Shown here: positions 36,222 through 46,730 of the stretch, piece by piece
How positions within the stretch are numbered: the first letter of the stretch is position 1
Layout of the letters: every line of letters starts with the position of its first letter
Origin: an uncultured Bacilli bacterium
GTDB taxonomy: Bacteria > Bacillota_I > Bacilli_A > RF39 > UBA660
Reading direction: 5' to 3'
Assembly (NCBI GenBank): GCA_934101625.1
Contig: CAKORV010000002.1
Span: 3,503-67,502 of the forward strand
Length of the DNA stretch: 64,000 nucleotides
Notes under the pieces: model-generated
The model's database searches: none
Told to the model about the DNA's origin: nothing
What the model saw: only the letters and a program-made list of their open reading frames with translations
Made by a program: the position numbers and the translations under genes

Positions 36222-37667
36222 ATGAATAAAAAAGTTACAAAGAAAAAGAAAAAAGTTTTAAATATATTCTTTAATATTATAGGTTTAATTTCTACAATAA
36301 TAATGCTTATATTTTGTTATTGTTTATATAAATTAAATATGATTCCTACTAAATTCTTATACATAATTTATGGTGCTTTAGGTATAATATATTTAATTAT
36401 GATACTTATTACTTTACCTCCTAAAGTAAAGGTAAGTATTAAAACATTTTGTTTAGTATTGTTTATAATATTGGGAACAATATTTGGTTTTGCAAATAAA
36501 TATATATTTGATACTATGGATTTTATGAGTATACTTGATAAAGAGGTTTTTCAAAAAGAAAGATATGCAGTGATGGTTTTAAATAAGAGTGGTGTAAAAT
36601 CGATTGAAGAATTAAATGGTAAAAGTATTGCTTCGTATAAAAGTTCTAATAGTGAAAAAGCAATAGAAGAATTAAATAAAAAAGTAAAAGTTGATAATAA
36701 TGAATTTAGTGATGTTGAAAAAATGTTTGAAAGTTTAGAAAATGGTGAAGTTTCAGCTGTTGTTGTTAGTAGTTCGGTGGAAAAACTTTTAGACAGTGAA
36801 CTTAAAGATATGAATTTAGACTTAAAAACAATTTATGAGTTTAAAATATCTATCAAGAAAGAAGATATTGTAAAAGTAGTTAATGTTACTAATACTCCAT
36901 TTAATGTTTATATAGCTGGTGGAGACGGATATGGTTCAATAGATATAACATATAATACAGATGTTAATATGATTGCTACTATAGATCCAGTTAATAGAAA
37001 AATATTATTAACTTCTATTCCAAGAGATTATTGGGTTAATTTAGTGGGACAAGGACCTGATGCATATGATAAACTAACACATGCTGGATATTATGGTATT
37101 CAAGAAAGTGTAAAAGATTTAGAAAAATTACTTGATATAGATATTAACTATTATGTTAAAGTAAACTTCTCAACAATAGAAGGAATAGTGGATGCTATTG
37201 GAGGTGTAGATGTTTATAGTGATTATGATTTTACAGCTAGTGACAGAACATATTCATATAGTGCAGGATATAATCACATGGATGGTAAAAAAGCATTAAG
37301 ATTTGCAAGAGAGAGGAAAGCATTTAGTGCAGGTGACTTACAAAGAGTTAAGAACCAGCAACATGTTGTTGAAGCTATTTTAAATAAAATGACATCTTCT
37401 ACAGCATTAATTTCAAGCTATGATCAAATCCTTAACAGTGTTAGCAATAACTTAGATACAAATATGAGTAGTAAAGACATACAAAAATTGGTAAAAATGC
37501 AACTTAGTGATATGAGAGGATGGAGTGTGGAAAGCCAAAATCCAACTGGTACTACTCGATATGGTGGAACTTACACATTTCCAACAATGACATTATATTC
37601 AATGGTTCCTGATGAAGAATCATTAAATAAAACAAAGACTAAGATAAAAGAATATTTAGGAAAATAG
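36222..37667 (+). CDS. LytR-CpsA-Psr (LCP) family glycopolymer–peptidoglycan ligase, membrane-anchored
   Basis: N-terminal TM helices. LCP core 'LTSIPRDYWVNL...YVKVNFSTIEGIVDAIGGVDVY...ALRFARER'. Confidence 0.85.
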   Translation: MNKKVTKKKKKVLNIFFNIIGLISTIIMLIFCYCLYKLNMIPTKFLYIIYGALGIIYLIMILITLPPKVKVSIKTFCLVLFIILGTIFGFANKYIFDTMDFMSILDKEVFQKERYAVMVLNKSGVKSIEELNGKSIASYKSSNSEKAIEELNKKVKVDNNEFSDVEKMFESLENGEVSAVVVSSSVEKLLDSELKDMNLDLKTIYEFKISIKKEDIVKVVNVTNTPFNVYIAGGDGYGSIDITYNTDVNMIATIDPVNRKILLTSIPRDYWVNLVGQGPDAYDKLTHAGYYGIQESVKDLEKLLDIDINYYVKVNFSTIEGIVDAIGGVDVYSDYDFTASDRTYSYSAGYNHMDGKKALRFARERKAFSAGDLQRVKNQQHVVEAILNKMTSSTALISSYDQILNSVSNNLDTNMSSKDIQKLVKMQLSDMRGWSVESQNPTGTTRYGGTYTFPTMTLYSMVPDEESLNKTKTKIKEYLGK

Positions 37668-37691
37668 ATAAGTGTGATTTTATAAAGGGAA

Positions 37692-38921
37692 GTGAAGATA
37701 GTGAAAGTATGGTTACTAAGAGCAAGTGAACTTATGCCTATAAAAAATGGTAAAGATAGATTATTACGCATGGGCTTACTTGCCGAGGAATTAACAAAAA
37801 ATAATCATGAAGTAACTTGGTTTGCAAGTGATTATGACCATTTTAAAAAGGAACATCTTTATGGTAAAGATACAGTAGTAGAAGTAAAAAAAGGATATAA
37901 TATTCATTTAATTAATGCTATTGGATATAAAAAAAATATTTCGGTATCTAGAATTTTAAATCATAAAGAATTAGCAGTTAAGCTTAAAAGAAAAATAGAA
38001 AAAGAGCCTAAACCAGATTTGATTGTTGCATCTTATCCAACAATTGAATTTGCAAATGTTGCCATTGATTATGGAAAGAAACATAATATACCTGTTGTTG
38101 TTGACATTAGAGATTTATGGCCAGATACGTTTAAACAAAATTTAAAGGGTGTTGTTAAAACTATGTCAGGCCCTTATGTTTCATACTTAAATAGAATGTG
38201 CAAAAAGATCATGAAGAATGCTTATTCTATAACTTCAATTTCTAATAGTATGCTCTTGTGGGGATTAGATAAAGGAAAAAGAGGAAAAACAAAAAAAGAC
38301 CAAGTGTTTTACATAGGATATAAAAGAACGCCAAATTTGTCCGATTTTGTTTCTAATAAGCTTGATAAGAATAAATTTAATGTTTGCTTTTTTGCTACAA
38401 TAAATAATCAATTTAATTATGATTCAATAGTAGAAACTGCTAAACAATTAGAAAATCAAAATGTTGAATTTCTAATATGTGGTTTAGGACCAAATTTAGA
38501 AAAATTTAAAGAAAAATCAAAAAATGTAAATAATATAAAATTTTTAGGCTGGCAAAATAAAGAAGAATTGAACTATATTTTAAGTAATTCACAAGTTGGG
38601 ATTGCACCTTATAAAGATACATTTGATTTTAGAATGAGTGTTTCAAATAAATTTGCTGAGTATATTTCTTACGGTTTACCTATTATTATTACCAGTACTG
38701 GATATATGAAAAGCTTAATAGAAAAAAATAAAATAGGATTAGCAAATTCTAATCCAAAAGTCATAAGTGAATTTATACTAAAATTAAAAGATGATAATTT
38801 ATTTTATGAAACTTTGTCAAGCAATGCTTTGAAACTGTATGAAAAGAGTTTTAATGCTGATAAAATATATAAAAAATTTAATGATTATTTAGAAGAAATA
38901 GTGGAGGAATATAAAAAATGA
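37692..38921 (+). CDS. Glycosyltransferase, GT4 family
   Basis: GT-B fold with a C-terminal 'VGIAPYKDTFDFRMSVSNKFAEYISYGLPII' (E-x7-E region). Start is a GTG at 37692 or 37701. Confidence 0.7.
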   Translation: MKIVKVWLLRASELMPIKNGKDRLLRMGLLAEELTKNNHEVTWFASDYDHFKKEHLYGKDTVVEVKKGYNIHLINAIGYKKNISVSRILNHKELAVKLKRKIEKEPKPDLIVASYPTIEFANVAIDYGKKHNIPVVVDIRDLWPDTFKQNLKGVVKTMSGPYVSYLNRMCKKIMKNAYSITSISNSMLLWGLDKGKRGKTKKDQVFYIGYKRTPNLSDFVSNKLDKNKFNVCFFATINNQFNYDSIVETAKQLENQNVEFLICGLGPNLEKFKEKSKNVNNIKFLGWQNKEELNYILSNSQVGIAPYKDTFDFRMSVSNKFAEYISYGLPIIITSTGYMKSLIEKNKIGLANSNPKVISEFILKLKDDNLFYETLSSNALKLYEKSFNADKIYKKFNDYLEEIVEEYKK

Positions 38922-40000
38922 AATATGCAATAATTGGATGCGGAAGAATATCTGTTAATCATATTCAAGCTGCAATTAATAATAATTTAGAATTTGTTGG
39001 AATTTGTGATATTTTACCTGAAAAATTAAAAGAAAAAAAAGAAAAATTTCCTTTAATAAAGGATGTACATGAATACACAGATTTTATTGAGATGATAGAA
39101 AAAGAAAGACCAGAATTAGTTGCAATATCAACTGAAAGTGGTAAACATGCAAGTATAGCAAAAGAATGTATTAAAAGAAATATTAATTTAATAATAGAAA
39201 AGCCTATTGCTTTGTCAATTAAAGATGCAAATGAAATTATTGATTTAGCTAAAGAACATAATGTTAAAGTTAGTGCTTGTCATCAAAATAGATTTAATAA
39301 AGCAGTACAAAAAATTAGAAGTGCTATTGAAGATGATAAGTTTGGTAAATTATTTTATGGATGTGCACATATTAGGTGGAATAGAGGACCACAATATTAT
39401 GAACAAGCACCTTGGAGAGGTACTTGGGAACAAGATGGCGGTGCTTTAATGAATCAATGTATTCATGATATAGATTTATTAAGGTGGATGATGGGAAATG
39501 AAATTGATGAAGTTTTTGCTTATACTGATCAATTAAATCATCCATATATTAAAGCAGAAGACTTAGGAATAGCATTAGTTAAATTTAAAAATGGTGCTTA
39601 TGGTATTATTGAAGGAACTACTGATGTTTATGAAAAAAATTTAGAGGAGACTCTATACATATTTGGTGAAAAAGGAACTGCTAAGGCTGGAGGAAGTTCA
39701 GTTAATAAGCTTGAAGTTTATAATTTTGAGGGTGAAACCGAAGAAAATGTCTTAGAGGAAAGTTCAGAAGTTCATAAAAATGTTTATGGTTTAGGACATA
39801 CACCTTTGTATGCTGACGTAATAGATGCAATTAATAATGATAGAAAACCTTATGTTGATGCGGAATGTGGTAAAAGAGCCCTTGAACTTGTTCTTGCAAT
39901 TTACTTATCTGCTATGGAACATAAACCAATAAAACTTCCTTTAGATGAAAATGTAAATACATTAATGTTTAAAGGCAGATTTCAAGAGGAGAACGACTAA
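38918..40000 (+). CDS. Gfo/Idh/MocA-family NAD-dependent UDP-sugar 3-dehydrogenase (WbpB-like)
   Basis: Rossmann fold 'KYAIIGCGRISVNH', 'EKP' motif, and a position directly upstream of a DegT aminotransferase and a hexapeptide acetyltransferase. Confidence 0.75.
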   Translation: MKYAIIGCGRISVNHIQAAINNNLEFVGICDILPEKLKEKKEKFPLIKDVHEYTDFIEMIEKERPELVAISTESGKHASIAKECIKRNINLIIEKPIALSIKDANEIIDLAKEHNVKVSACHQNRFNKAVQKIRSAIEDDKFGKLFYGCAHIRWNRGPQYYEQAPWRGTWEQDGGALMNQCIHDIDLLRWMMGNEIDEVFAYTDQLNHPYIKAEDLGIALVKFKNGAYGIIEGTTDVYEKNLEETLYIFGEKGTAKAGGSSVNKLEVYNFEGETEENVLEESSEVHKNVYGLGHTPLYADVIDAINNDRKPYVDAECGKRALELVLAIYLSAMEHKPIKLPLDENVNTLMFKGRFQEEND

Positions 40001-41136
40001 TGGAATTTATAGATTTAAAAGAACAATACAGAGTTTTGAAAAATGAAATAGATAATAATATTGAGATAGTTTTAAATGATAGCCATTATATTATGGGAAA
40101 TGAAGTAAAAGAATTAGAGGATAAACTTGCAAAATATGTTGGAAGAAAATATGCTATTACTTGTGCTAATGGAACTGATGCTTTGACTATTGCTTTAAAG
40201 GCATTAGATATAAAACATGGAGATGCTGTATTAGTGCCAAGTTTTACATTCTATTCTTCTTCAGAAGTAATTTCTTTAGAGGGTGCTACACCTGTATTTG
40301 TTGATGTTGATGAAACATTTAATATTGACGTTAACAAATTAAGAAAGACTATAGAACTTGTAAAAAAAGAAAATAAGTATAATTTAAAGGCAATTATAGC
40401 TGTAGATTTATTTGGACAAACTGCTAATTTTCCTGAAATACTAAAAATAGCAAAAGAAAATGATTTAAAGGTAATAGAAGATGGTGCACAAGGATTTGGT
40501 GGCTCTATTAACGGAAAAAAAGCTTGTTCATTTGGAGATATCTCAACAACTTCTTTCTTTCCAGCAAAGCCTTTAGGCTGCTATGGAGATGGTGGAGCTA
40601 TATTTACCGATGATGAAGAACTTAATGAAAAAATATTAAGTATAAGAGTTCACGGCAAAGGTTCATATAAGTATGAAAATGTAAGAGTGGGATTAAATTC
40701 TAGATTAGATACTATTCAAGCTGCAATTTTATTGCCAAAACTTAAAGCATTCGAAGATTATGAATTAGAAAATAGAAATAAATGTGCTAAAATATATACT
40801 GAAAGATTAAAGGATTTGGTTAAAACGCCTGTTATTCTTGAAGGATTTTTAAGTAGCTGGGCTCAATATACATTGATACTTGATAGTAAAGAAGAAAGAG
40901 AATATATTCAATCTAAGTTAAAAGAAGATGGCATACCTACTATGGTATATTATCCAATACCTTTACATAAACAAAAGGTTTACGAAGGATATAGTTTTAA
41001 TTTATCAGAATTAACAAAATCTGAAGAATTATGTGAAAAAGTAATGAGTATTCCGATGCATCCATATTTAAAAGAAAGTGATTTGGACTTAGTAATTTCG
41101 AAATTAAGAAATGCTATAATAAAGTATAGAAAGTAG
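40000..41136 (+). CDS. DegT/DnrJ/EryC1/StrS-family PLP-dependent sugar aminotransferase (WbpE-like)
   Basis: 'CANGTDALTIALKALDI', 'VPSFTF', and a K-containing 'SFFPAKPLG' motif. Confidence 0.85.
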   Translation: MEFIDLKEQYRVLKNEIDNNIEIVLNDSHYIMGNEVKELEDKLAKYVGRKYAITCANGTDALTIALKALDIKHGDAVLVPSFTFYSSSEVISLEGATPVFVDVDETFNIDVNKLRKTIELVKKENKYNLKAIIAVDLFGQTANFPEILKIAKENDLKVIEDGAQGFGGSINGKKACSFGDISTTSFFPAKPLGCYGDGGAIFTDDEELNEKILSIRVHGKGSYKYENVRVGLNSRLDTIQAAILLPKLKAFEDYELENRNKCAKIYTERLKDLVKTPVILEGFLSSWAQYTLILDSKEEREYIQSKLKEDGIPTMVYYPIPLHKQKVYEGYSFNLSELTKSEELCEKVMSIPMHPYLKESDLDLVISKLRNAIIKYRK

Positions 41137-41148
41137 ATGAGGTTATAA

Positions 41149-41724
41149 ATGAATAATAATTATTTTGTACATGAGTCTAGTTATGTAGATGAAAATACCA
41201 GTATTGGAGAAAAAACAAAAATCTGGCATTTCTCACATATTATGTCTAATTCTAAAATAGGTAAAAATTGTAATATAGGTCAAAATGTTGTTATTTCACC
41301 AGATGTTACAATTGGAAATAATGTTAAAATTCAAAACAACGTTTCAGTTTATACTGGCGCTATTATAGAGGATGATGTATTTTTAGGTCCGTCTTGTGTT
41401 TTTACTAATGTAATAAATCCCAGAAGTTTTATTTCTAGAAAAGATGAATATAAAAAAACGATAATAAAAAAAGGTGCAACTATTGGAGCTAATGCTACTA
41501 TAGTTTGTGGTCATACGATTAATGAATACGCTTTTATTGGTGCAGGTAGTGTGGTAACAAAAGATGTCCCAGCCTATGCATTAATGGTTGGAAATCCAGC
41601 TAGATTTAAATATTATGTTTGTGAATGTTCTAAAAAAATGGAATTCTTAGATAATAAATTTGAGTGTCCTATTTGTGGTAAAAAATATATTAAAGAAGAT
41701 GAAATTGTTAGGAGAGTAGTTTAA
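41149..41724 (+). CDS. Hexapeptide-repeat sugar N-acetyltransferase (WbpD-like) with a C-terminal CxxC-x14-CxxC tail
   Basis: Left-handed beta-helix repeats '[32 protein letters not shown]'. C-terminus '[23 protein letters not shown]'. Confidence 0.75.
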   Translation: MNNNYFVHESSYVDENTSIGEKTKIWHFSHIMSNSKIGKNCNIGQNVVISPDVTIGNNVKIQNNVSVYTGAIIEDDVFLGPSCVFTNVINPRSFISRKDEYKKTIIKKGATIGANATIVCGHTINEYAFIGAGSVVTKDVPAYALMVGNPARFKYYVCECSKKMEFLDNKFECPICGKKYIKEDEIVRRVV

Positions 41725-41725
41725 T

Positions 41726-43042
41726 ATGAAAGAGGAATTATTAAAGAAAATTGAAAATAAGGAAATTGTGGTTGGTGTTGTTGGATTAGGCTATGTTGGT
41801 TTACCATTAGCGGTAGAAAAAGCAAAGGCTGGATTTAAAACTATTGGATTTGATGTTCAAGATGAAAAAGTAAGATTAGTTAATGAAGGTCATAATTATA
41901 TTGGTGATGTTGTTGATTCAGATTTAAAATCATTGGTTGAAAAGGGAATGTTATCAGCTACAACAGATTTTTCTTTTATAAAAGATGTGGATTTTATCGC
42001 TATTTGTGTTCCTACGCCATTAGATGAACATCAACAACCAGACATTAGTTATGTTGAAAGTAGTGCAATGAGTATATCAACTCATTTGACTAAAAATACA
42101 ATGGTTGTACTTGAAAGTACTACTTATCCAGGTACTACTGAAGAATTAATTAAGCCAATTTTAGAAAAAGGATCAGGACTTATTTGTGGAAAAGATTTTT
42201 ATCTAGGATTTTCTCCAGAAAGAGTAGATCCAGGAAATTTAGTTTATAAAACTAAAAATACTCCAAAAGTGGTTGGCGCAATTGGAAAGGATGCAACTGA
42301 AGTAATTGCTAAAATGTATCGTGCAGTTTTAGGTGCAGAAATATATGAAGTTTCTTGTCCTGCTGTTGCTGAAATGGAAAAAATATTAGAAAATACTTAT
42401 AGAAATATTAATATTGGCTTAGTAAATGAACTAGCTATGTTATGTGAAAAAATGGGAATAAGTCTTTGGGAAGTTGTAGATGCAGCTAAAACTAAGCCTT
42501 ATGGTTTTCAAGCATTTTATCCAGGTCCTGGTTTAGGAGGACATTGTATTCCACTTGACCCATACTATTTGGATTGGAAGGCAAGAGAATATGGATTTCA
42601 TACATCATTAATTCAAGCTTCAGGGCTTATTAATGATAGAATGCCTGAATATTGTGTTGAACGTGCTAGTAAAATGCTAAGTACTAGATTTAAAAAGGCT
42701 ATGAATGGTGCTAAAGTATTAGTATTGGGAATAGCTTATAAAAATGACATAGATGATTATAGAGAAAGTCCTGCTTTAAAAGTTATTGAAATACTTGAAA
42801 AAGAAGGTGCTATTGTAGAGTTTTATGATCCATGGATTAAAGAGTATAAATATAAAGGTAAAATTCATGAAGGATTAACTGAATTATCTAAAGAAAAAGT
42901 ATCTGAAGAAGATTTAGTTATGTTTACAGCAGCGCATTCTAATTATGATTATGAAATGATAAGTAAAAATGCTAAAGCAATTTTTGATACAAGAAATGCA
43001 ATGAAAAATATTAAAGATAGAAAAAATATTGAATTGTTATAG
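41726..43042 (+). CDS. UDP-N-acetyl-D-glucosamine/mannosamine 6-dehydrogenase (WbpA/WecC-like)
   Basis: 'VGVVGLGYVGLPLAV' Rossmann fold and the catalytic region 'GPGLGGHCIPLDP'. Confidence 0.85.
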   Translation: MKEELLKKIENKEIVVGVVGLGYVGLPLAVEKAKAGFKTIGFDVQDEKVRLVNEGHNYIGDVVDSDLKSLVEKGMLSATTDFSFIKDVDFIAICVPTPLDEHQQPDISYVESSAMSISTHLTKNTMVVLESTTYPGTTEELIKPILEKGSGLICGKDFYLGFSPERVDPGNLVYKTKNTPKVVGAIGKDATEVIAKMYRAVLGAEIYEVSCPAVAEMEKILENTYRNINIGLVNELAMLCEKMGISLWEVVDAAKTKPYGFQAFYPGPGLGGHCIPLDPYYLDWKAREYGFHTSLIQASGLINDRMPEYCVERASKMLSTRFKKAMNGAKVLVLGIAYKNDIDDYRESPALKVIEILEKEGAIVEFYDPWIKEYKYKGKIHEGLTELSKEKVSEEDLVMFTAAHSNYDYEMISKNAKAIFDTRNAMKNIKDRKNIELL

Positions 43043-43319
43043 CTGGAAAGCACAATAATATTAAATAGAATTAGAATGGCTATAAATTTATCTTTATAAG
43101 AGATTATCAAAAACTAGATAAAAGTAGTAAATTTATATTTATAAATATGTCAAGCATAAAAACTTTTGAGCAAAATATTTATTTTATAGTGTCAAAGTAT
43201 AATATAAAATTAAAATCTATAGTTTTACATGGCGACGTTGTTAATATAAAAATTGTTTCAACTTTTAATTTATTTTAAATCAAAAAATTATGTTATAAAA
43301 TTAAAAAAATAGGAGTAAG

Positions 43320-44285
43320 ATGTTTATGACTGAAAAAGAAAAATATATAGAATTATGTGATCATAATCAAAATATCCCTCTCTTTTTGAGGTATTATTAT
43401 TTAGATGCCGTTAATGCAAATTGGGATGTGTTCTTGTATGAAAAAAATAATAAGATTATTGCTAGTTATGTTTATTGCATAAAAAGTAAATATTTTCTTA
43501 AATACATTTCAATGCCAAAGATGACACAATATTCTGGGTTATGGATTGATTATGACGAAGTTAATAGAAATGAAAAAAGGATAGCACTAGAGGAAGAAGT
43601 TATGAATTATTTTATTAATAAGATAGAAATGCTAAATATTGTTTATTGTTTTCAGTCTTTTTCTCCCCAAATTAAAAATTATTTGCCTTTTTATTGGAAA
43701 AATTATAATGAGACCATAAAATATACATTTGTAATTAATGAGAAAGAAGAAGAGAAAATTTGGAATAATATGACATCTACATTAAAAAATGAAATTAAAA
43801 AAGCATCTAAAGAAGCAAAACTATTTTATGATTGTAATTCAGACTTGTTTTATAAATATTTATGTAAGACTTATGAAAGACAAAATAAAAAGCCAAGTTT
43901 AAGTAAAGAAGAATTTATGAATTTTGATAAAGTTATGAGAGAAAAAAAATGTGTTCATATAATAGGAGCTAAGGATATAAATGAAAATATTCATTCAATT
44001 TGCTATTTTGTGTATGATGAAAAAAAAGTTTACTATTTAATGAGTGCAAATGATTATAATTTTAGAAAGAGCAATTTTAATTCTTTATTAGTATGGGAAG
44101 GAATTAAATTTGCAATAAGAAAAAATTTGATGTTTGATTTTGAAGGTTCAATGAACAAAAGTATTAATTCATTTATGAGAAAGTTTGGAGGAGAATTAAA
44201 TATTTATCATTGTATTTCAAAAACTATTACTAAAAATCCAATTATAAAGTTATTATTAAATTATAGGTTAAAAATAAAGGGTTAG
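43320..44285 (+). CDS. FemAB/BioF2-like GNAT-fold (acyl/aminoacyl) transferase, putative
   Basis: Size and a weak resemblance to Acetyltransf_6/FemAB-family proteins common in glycan loci. No strict motif. Confidence 0.4.
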   Translation: MFMTEKEKYIELCDHNQNIPLFLRYYYLDAVNANWDVFLYEKNNKIIASYVYCIKSKYFLKYISMPKMTQYSGLWIDYDEVNRNEKRIALEEEVMNYFINKIEMLNIVYCFQSFSPQIKNYLPFYWKNYNETIKYTFVINEKEEEKIWNNMTSTLKNEIKKASKEAKLFYDCNSDLFYKYLCKTYERQNKKPSLSKEEFMNFDKVMREKKCVHIIGAKDINENIHSICYFVYDEKKVYYLMSANDYNFRKSNFNSLLVWEGIKFAIRKNLMFDFEGSMNKSINSFMRKFGGELNIYHCISKTITKNPIIKLLLNYRLKIKG

Positions 44286-44296
44286 TGTGATAAATT

Positions 44297-45610
44297 ATGT
44301 TAAATAAAAATGAAGTTAAATATACAATATCAATTATAATGAAAATTGCTTTTCCCGATTATTTATTTGAGTTTAAGGACTATAATGAAATAATATTTAA
44401 TGGATATAATATTCATTTTAACTTAATGAACAAAGAAAAACAATCAAAGCTTATAAATGGAAAACTTAGCTATTATTTAATTAAAAATGTTACTGATGAA
44501 TTTGATATACCAATTTTTTTGTGTAAACAAATTTTAACTAAGGAAAATAAAAATATTATTATTAATCCTGACATAATTACTTTACCATTTTTATTATTGT
44601 CTAGGAAAGAGGAACAGCTAATAAATAATTTTGATAGTCATGGTAGATTTTTATTTAAGGGATCTTTAAGTGATATATATAATATAATAGATTTTCCAAT
44701 AGTAGATGAGTACGCTTTTCTACTTAGAAAAGAATTAAATAGATATCTAAATATTCCAATAAATACTAAGAAAACAAATTTATATTTGACTCATGATGTT
44801 GATAATTTATTTAGATTTTATTCACCTTTAAAAAGCTTTAAATCTATATTTGGTGGTGATTTAATTCTTAGAAAAAATTTCAAAATTTTTATTAAATCTT
44901 TGCACGATTATGTTTCATTTAAAAAAGATAAAATGAATGATCCAGGTATTAAAGCCTTATATAAACTTATGAATGTATCAAAAATGTATAATTATAAATC
45001 TCATTTCTTCTTTTTATGCTATAATATTGGTGATGATGACTTCAGGTATAATATCTTTGATTCTAGGGTAAAAAAAATTATTACTGAATTAATCAATAAT
45101 AATATGATTATTGGCTTACATGCTGGGAAAAATGCTGGATGTAATAACAAAAATTTTACAAAACAGTTATCTAATTTGAAAAATTATGTAAAAAATATTG
45201 AAGAAAATAGAAATCATTATTTAATGTATAATTCAATTGAAACAGTTAATATTTTAGAAACAAACAATATTAAAATGGATTATACACTAGGCTATAGAGA
45301 AAGAATTGGTTTCAAGTGTGGTACTTCATATGATTACCCTCTTTATAATTTTACTAAAGATAAAATTTCAAAGGTAATAGAACGTCCTTTAATAGTCATG
45401 GATGTAACACTGAAAGAAAATATGAAATTAAATTATAAAGAATCAGTTGAAAAAGTAATTAAGTTATATAAAAGAGTAAAGAATGTTAATGGAAATTTTA
45501 CTATTCTTTGGCATCCAGATAGTGTAGTTCGTGAGTGGGAACCATGGTTTAATAATGTTTATTTAAAAATATTGGAGGAAATTAGTAATGAAAACAATTA
45601 TAACTCTTAG
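44297..45610 (+). CDS. Putative polysaccharide deacetylase-like (NodB/CE4-related) protein
   Basis: 'LYLTHDVDNL' and 'LHAGKNAG' resemble CE4-like metal-binding motifs. Tentative. Confidence 0.4.
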   Translation: MLNKNEVKYTISIIMKIAFPDYLFEFKDYNEIIFNGYNIHFNLMNKEKQSKLINGKLSYYLIKNVTDEFDIPIFLCKQILTKENKNIIINPDIITLPFLLLSRKEEQLINNFDSHGRFLFKGSLSDIYNIIDFPIVDEYAFLLRKELNRYLNIPINTKKTNLYLTHDVDNLFRFYSPLKSFKSIFGGDLILRKNFKIFIKSLHDYVSFKKDKMNDPGIKALYKLMNVSKMYNYKSHFFFLCYNIGDDDFRYNIFDSRVKKIITELINNNMIIGLHAGKNAGCNNKNFTKQLSNLKNYVKNIEENRNHYLMYNSIETVNILETNNIKMDYTLGYRERIGFKCGTSYDYPLYNFTKDKISKVIERPLIVMDVTLKENMKLNYKESVEKVIKLYKRVKNVNGNFTILWHPDSVVREWEPWFNNVYLKILEEISNENNYNS

Positions 45611-46730
45611 TCATTTTATAAATAATCGTAATAAATATTTGCAATATACTCATTCACAATCAAAACAGTTTGTAAAAAATGGATTTAAAGTTATTGTGTT
45701 CGCACCAAAGGCAATTAAATCATTAAGAAATTTATTTACTAATAAAAAAAAATTACAAATTGATGGAGTTAATATTGTAATTAATAAAAGAATTCCATTT
45801 TCTAATTTTTTAAAAAAAACTCGATTTAATATCAATGGATATTTTTATTATTTATCCATAAAAAATGATATAATTAAGTTAATTAATAATGAAGATATAA
45901 TTTTTATTAATGCTCATAATTTTCATTGTGAGGGATATGCAGCATATTTATTAAAGAAGAAGTATCCTAAAATTAAAGTAACAATAACTTTTCATGGCAG
46001 TGATTTAGAATCCGAACTTTCTAATAAAAATGGAATATCAAGATTAATAAAAGTCTCTAAAGTCGTTGATAGCTATATTTGTGTTAGTGATAAATTAACT
46101 AATAAATTAAAAAAAATTGGTGTTACAAATGTTAAAACGATTTACAATGGTGTTGAACTATATAAAATATTACCAAAGCAAAAAGAAAAGATTATTTGTA
46201 CTACTGCAGATTTAATAAAATCTAAAAATATAAATATTATCATTGAGGCGTTCAAATATTTTTCTGTTAAATATAAAGATTATAAATTAGAAATAATAGG
46301 AGATGGTCCTTTAAGAAAGAATTTGGAAGCTTTAGTTTCTAAATATAATTTAAATAATAGTGTTTCTTTTACAGGAAACGTGCCTAATATTGAAGTATTT
46401 AAACATATGAGTAAATCATTTTGCTTTATATTAACCAGTAAGCCAGAAGGTTTTGGAATTGTTTATGCAGAAGCGATGTATAATAAGTGTATTACGATTG
46501 GTACTAAAGGTGAAGGAATTGATGGATTTATTAAAAATGGTCAAAATGGTTTTTTAGTAAATCCAGATGCAAAAGAAATTTCTGAGTTACTCATTGATAT
46601 ATTAAATAACAAATATGATAATAATAAAATTATTGAAAATTCATATAATGATGCAAAAAAATTAACTTGGGAAAGAAATGCAAATGAATATTTAAAAATT
46701 GTAAATAACGAAAGGGGTGAATTTGAATGA
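45588..46730 (+). CDS. Glycosyltransferase, GT4 family
   Basis: 'EGFGIVYAEAMYNKCITIGTKGEGIDGFIKNGQNGFLV' retaining GT-B EX7E motif. Confidence 0.8.
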   Translation: MKTIITLSHFINNRNKYLQYTHSQSKQFVKNGFKVIVFAPKAIKSLRNLFTNKKKLQIDGVNIVINKRIPFSNFLKKTRFNINGYFYYLSIKNDIIKLINNEDIIFINAHNFHCEGYAAYLLKKKYPKIKVTITFHGSDLESELSNKNGISRLIKVSKVVDSYICVSDKLTNKLKKIGVTNVKTIYNGVELYKILPKQKEKIICTTADLIKSKNINIIIEAFKYFSVKYKDYKLEIIGDGPLRKNLEALVSKYNLNNSVSFTGNVPNIEVFKHMSKSFCFILTSKPEGFGIVYAEAMYNKCITIGTKGEGIDGFIKNGQNGFLVNPDAKEISELLIDILNNKYDNNKIIENSYNDAKKLTWERNANEYLKIVNNERGEFE

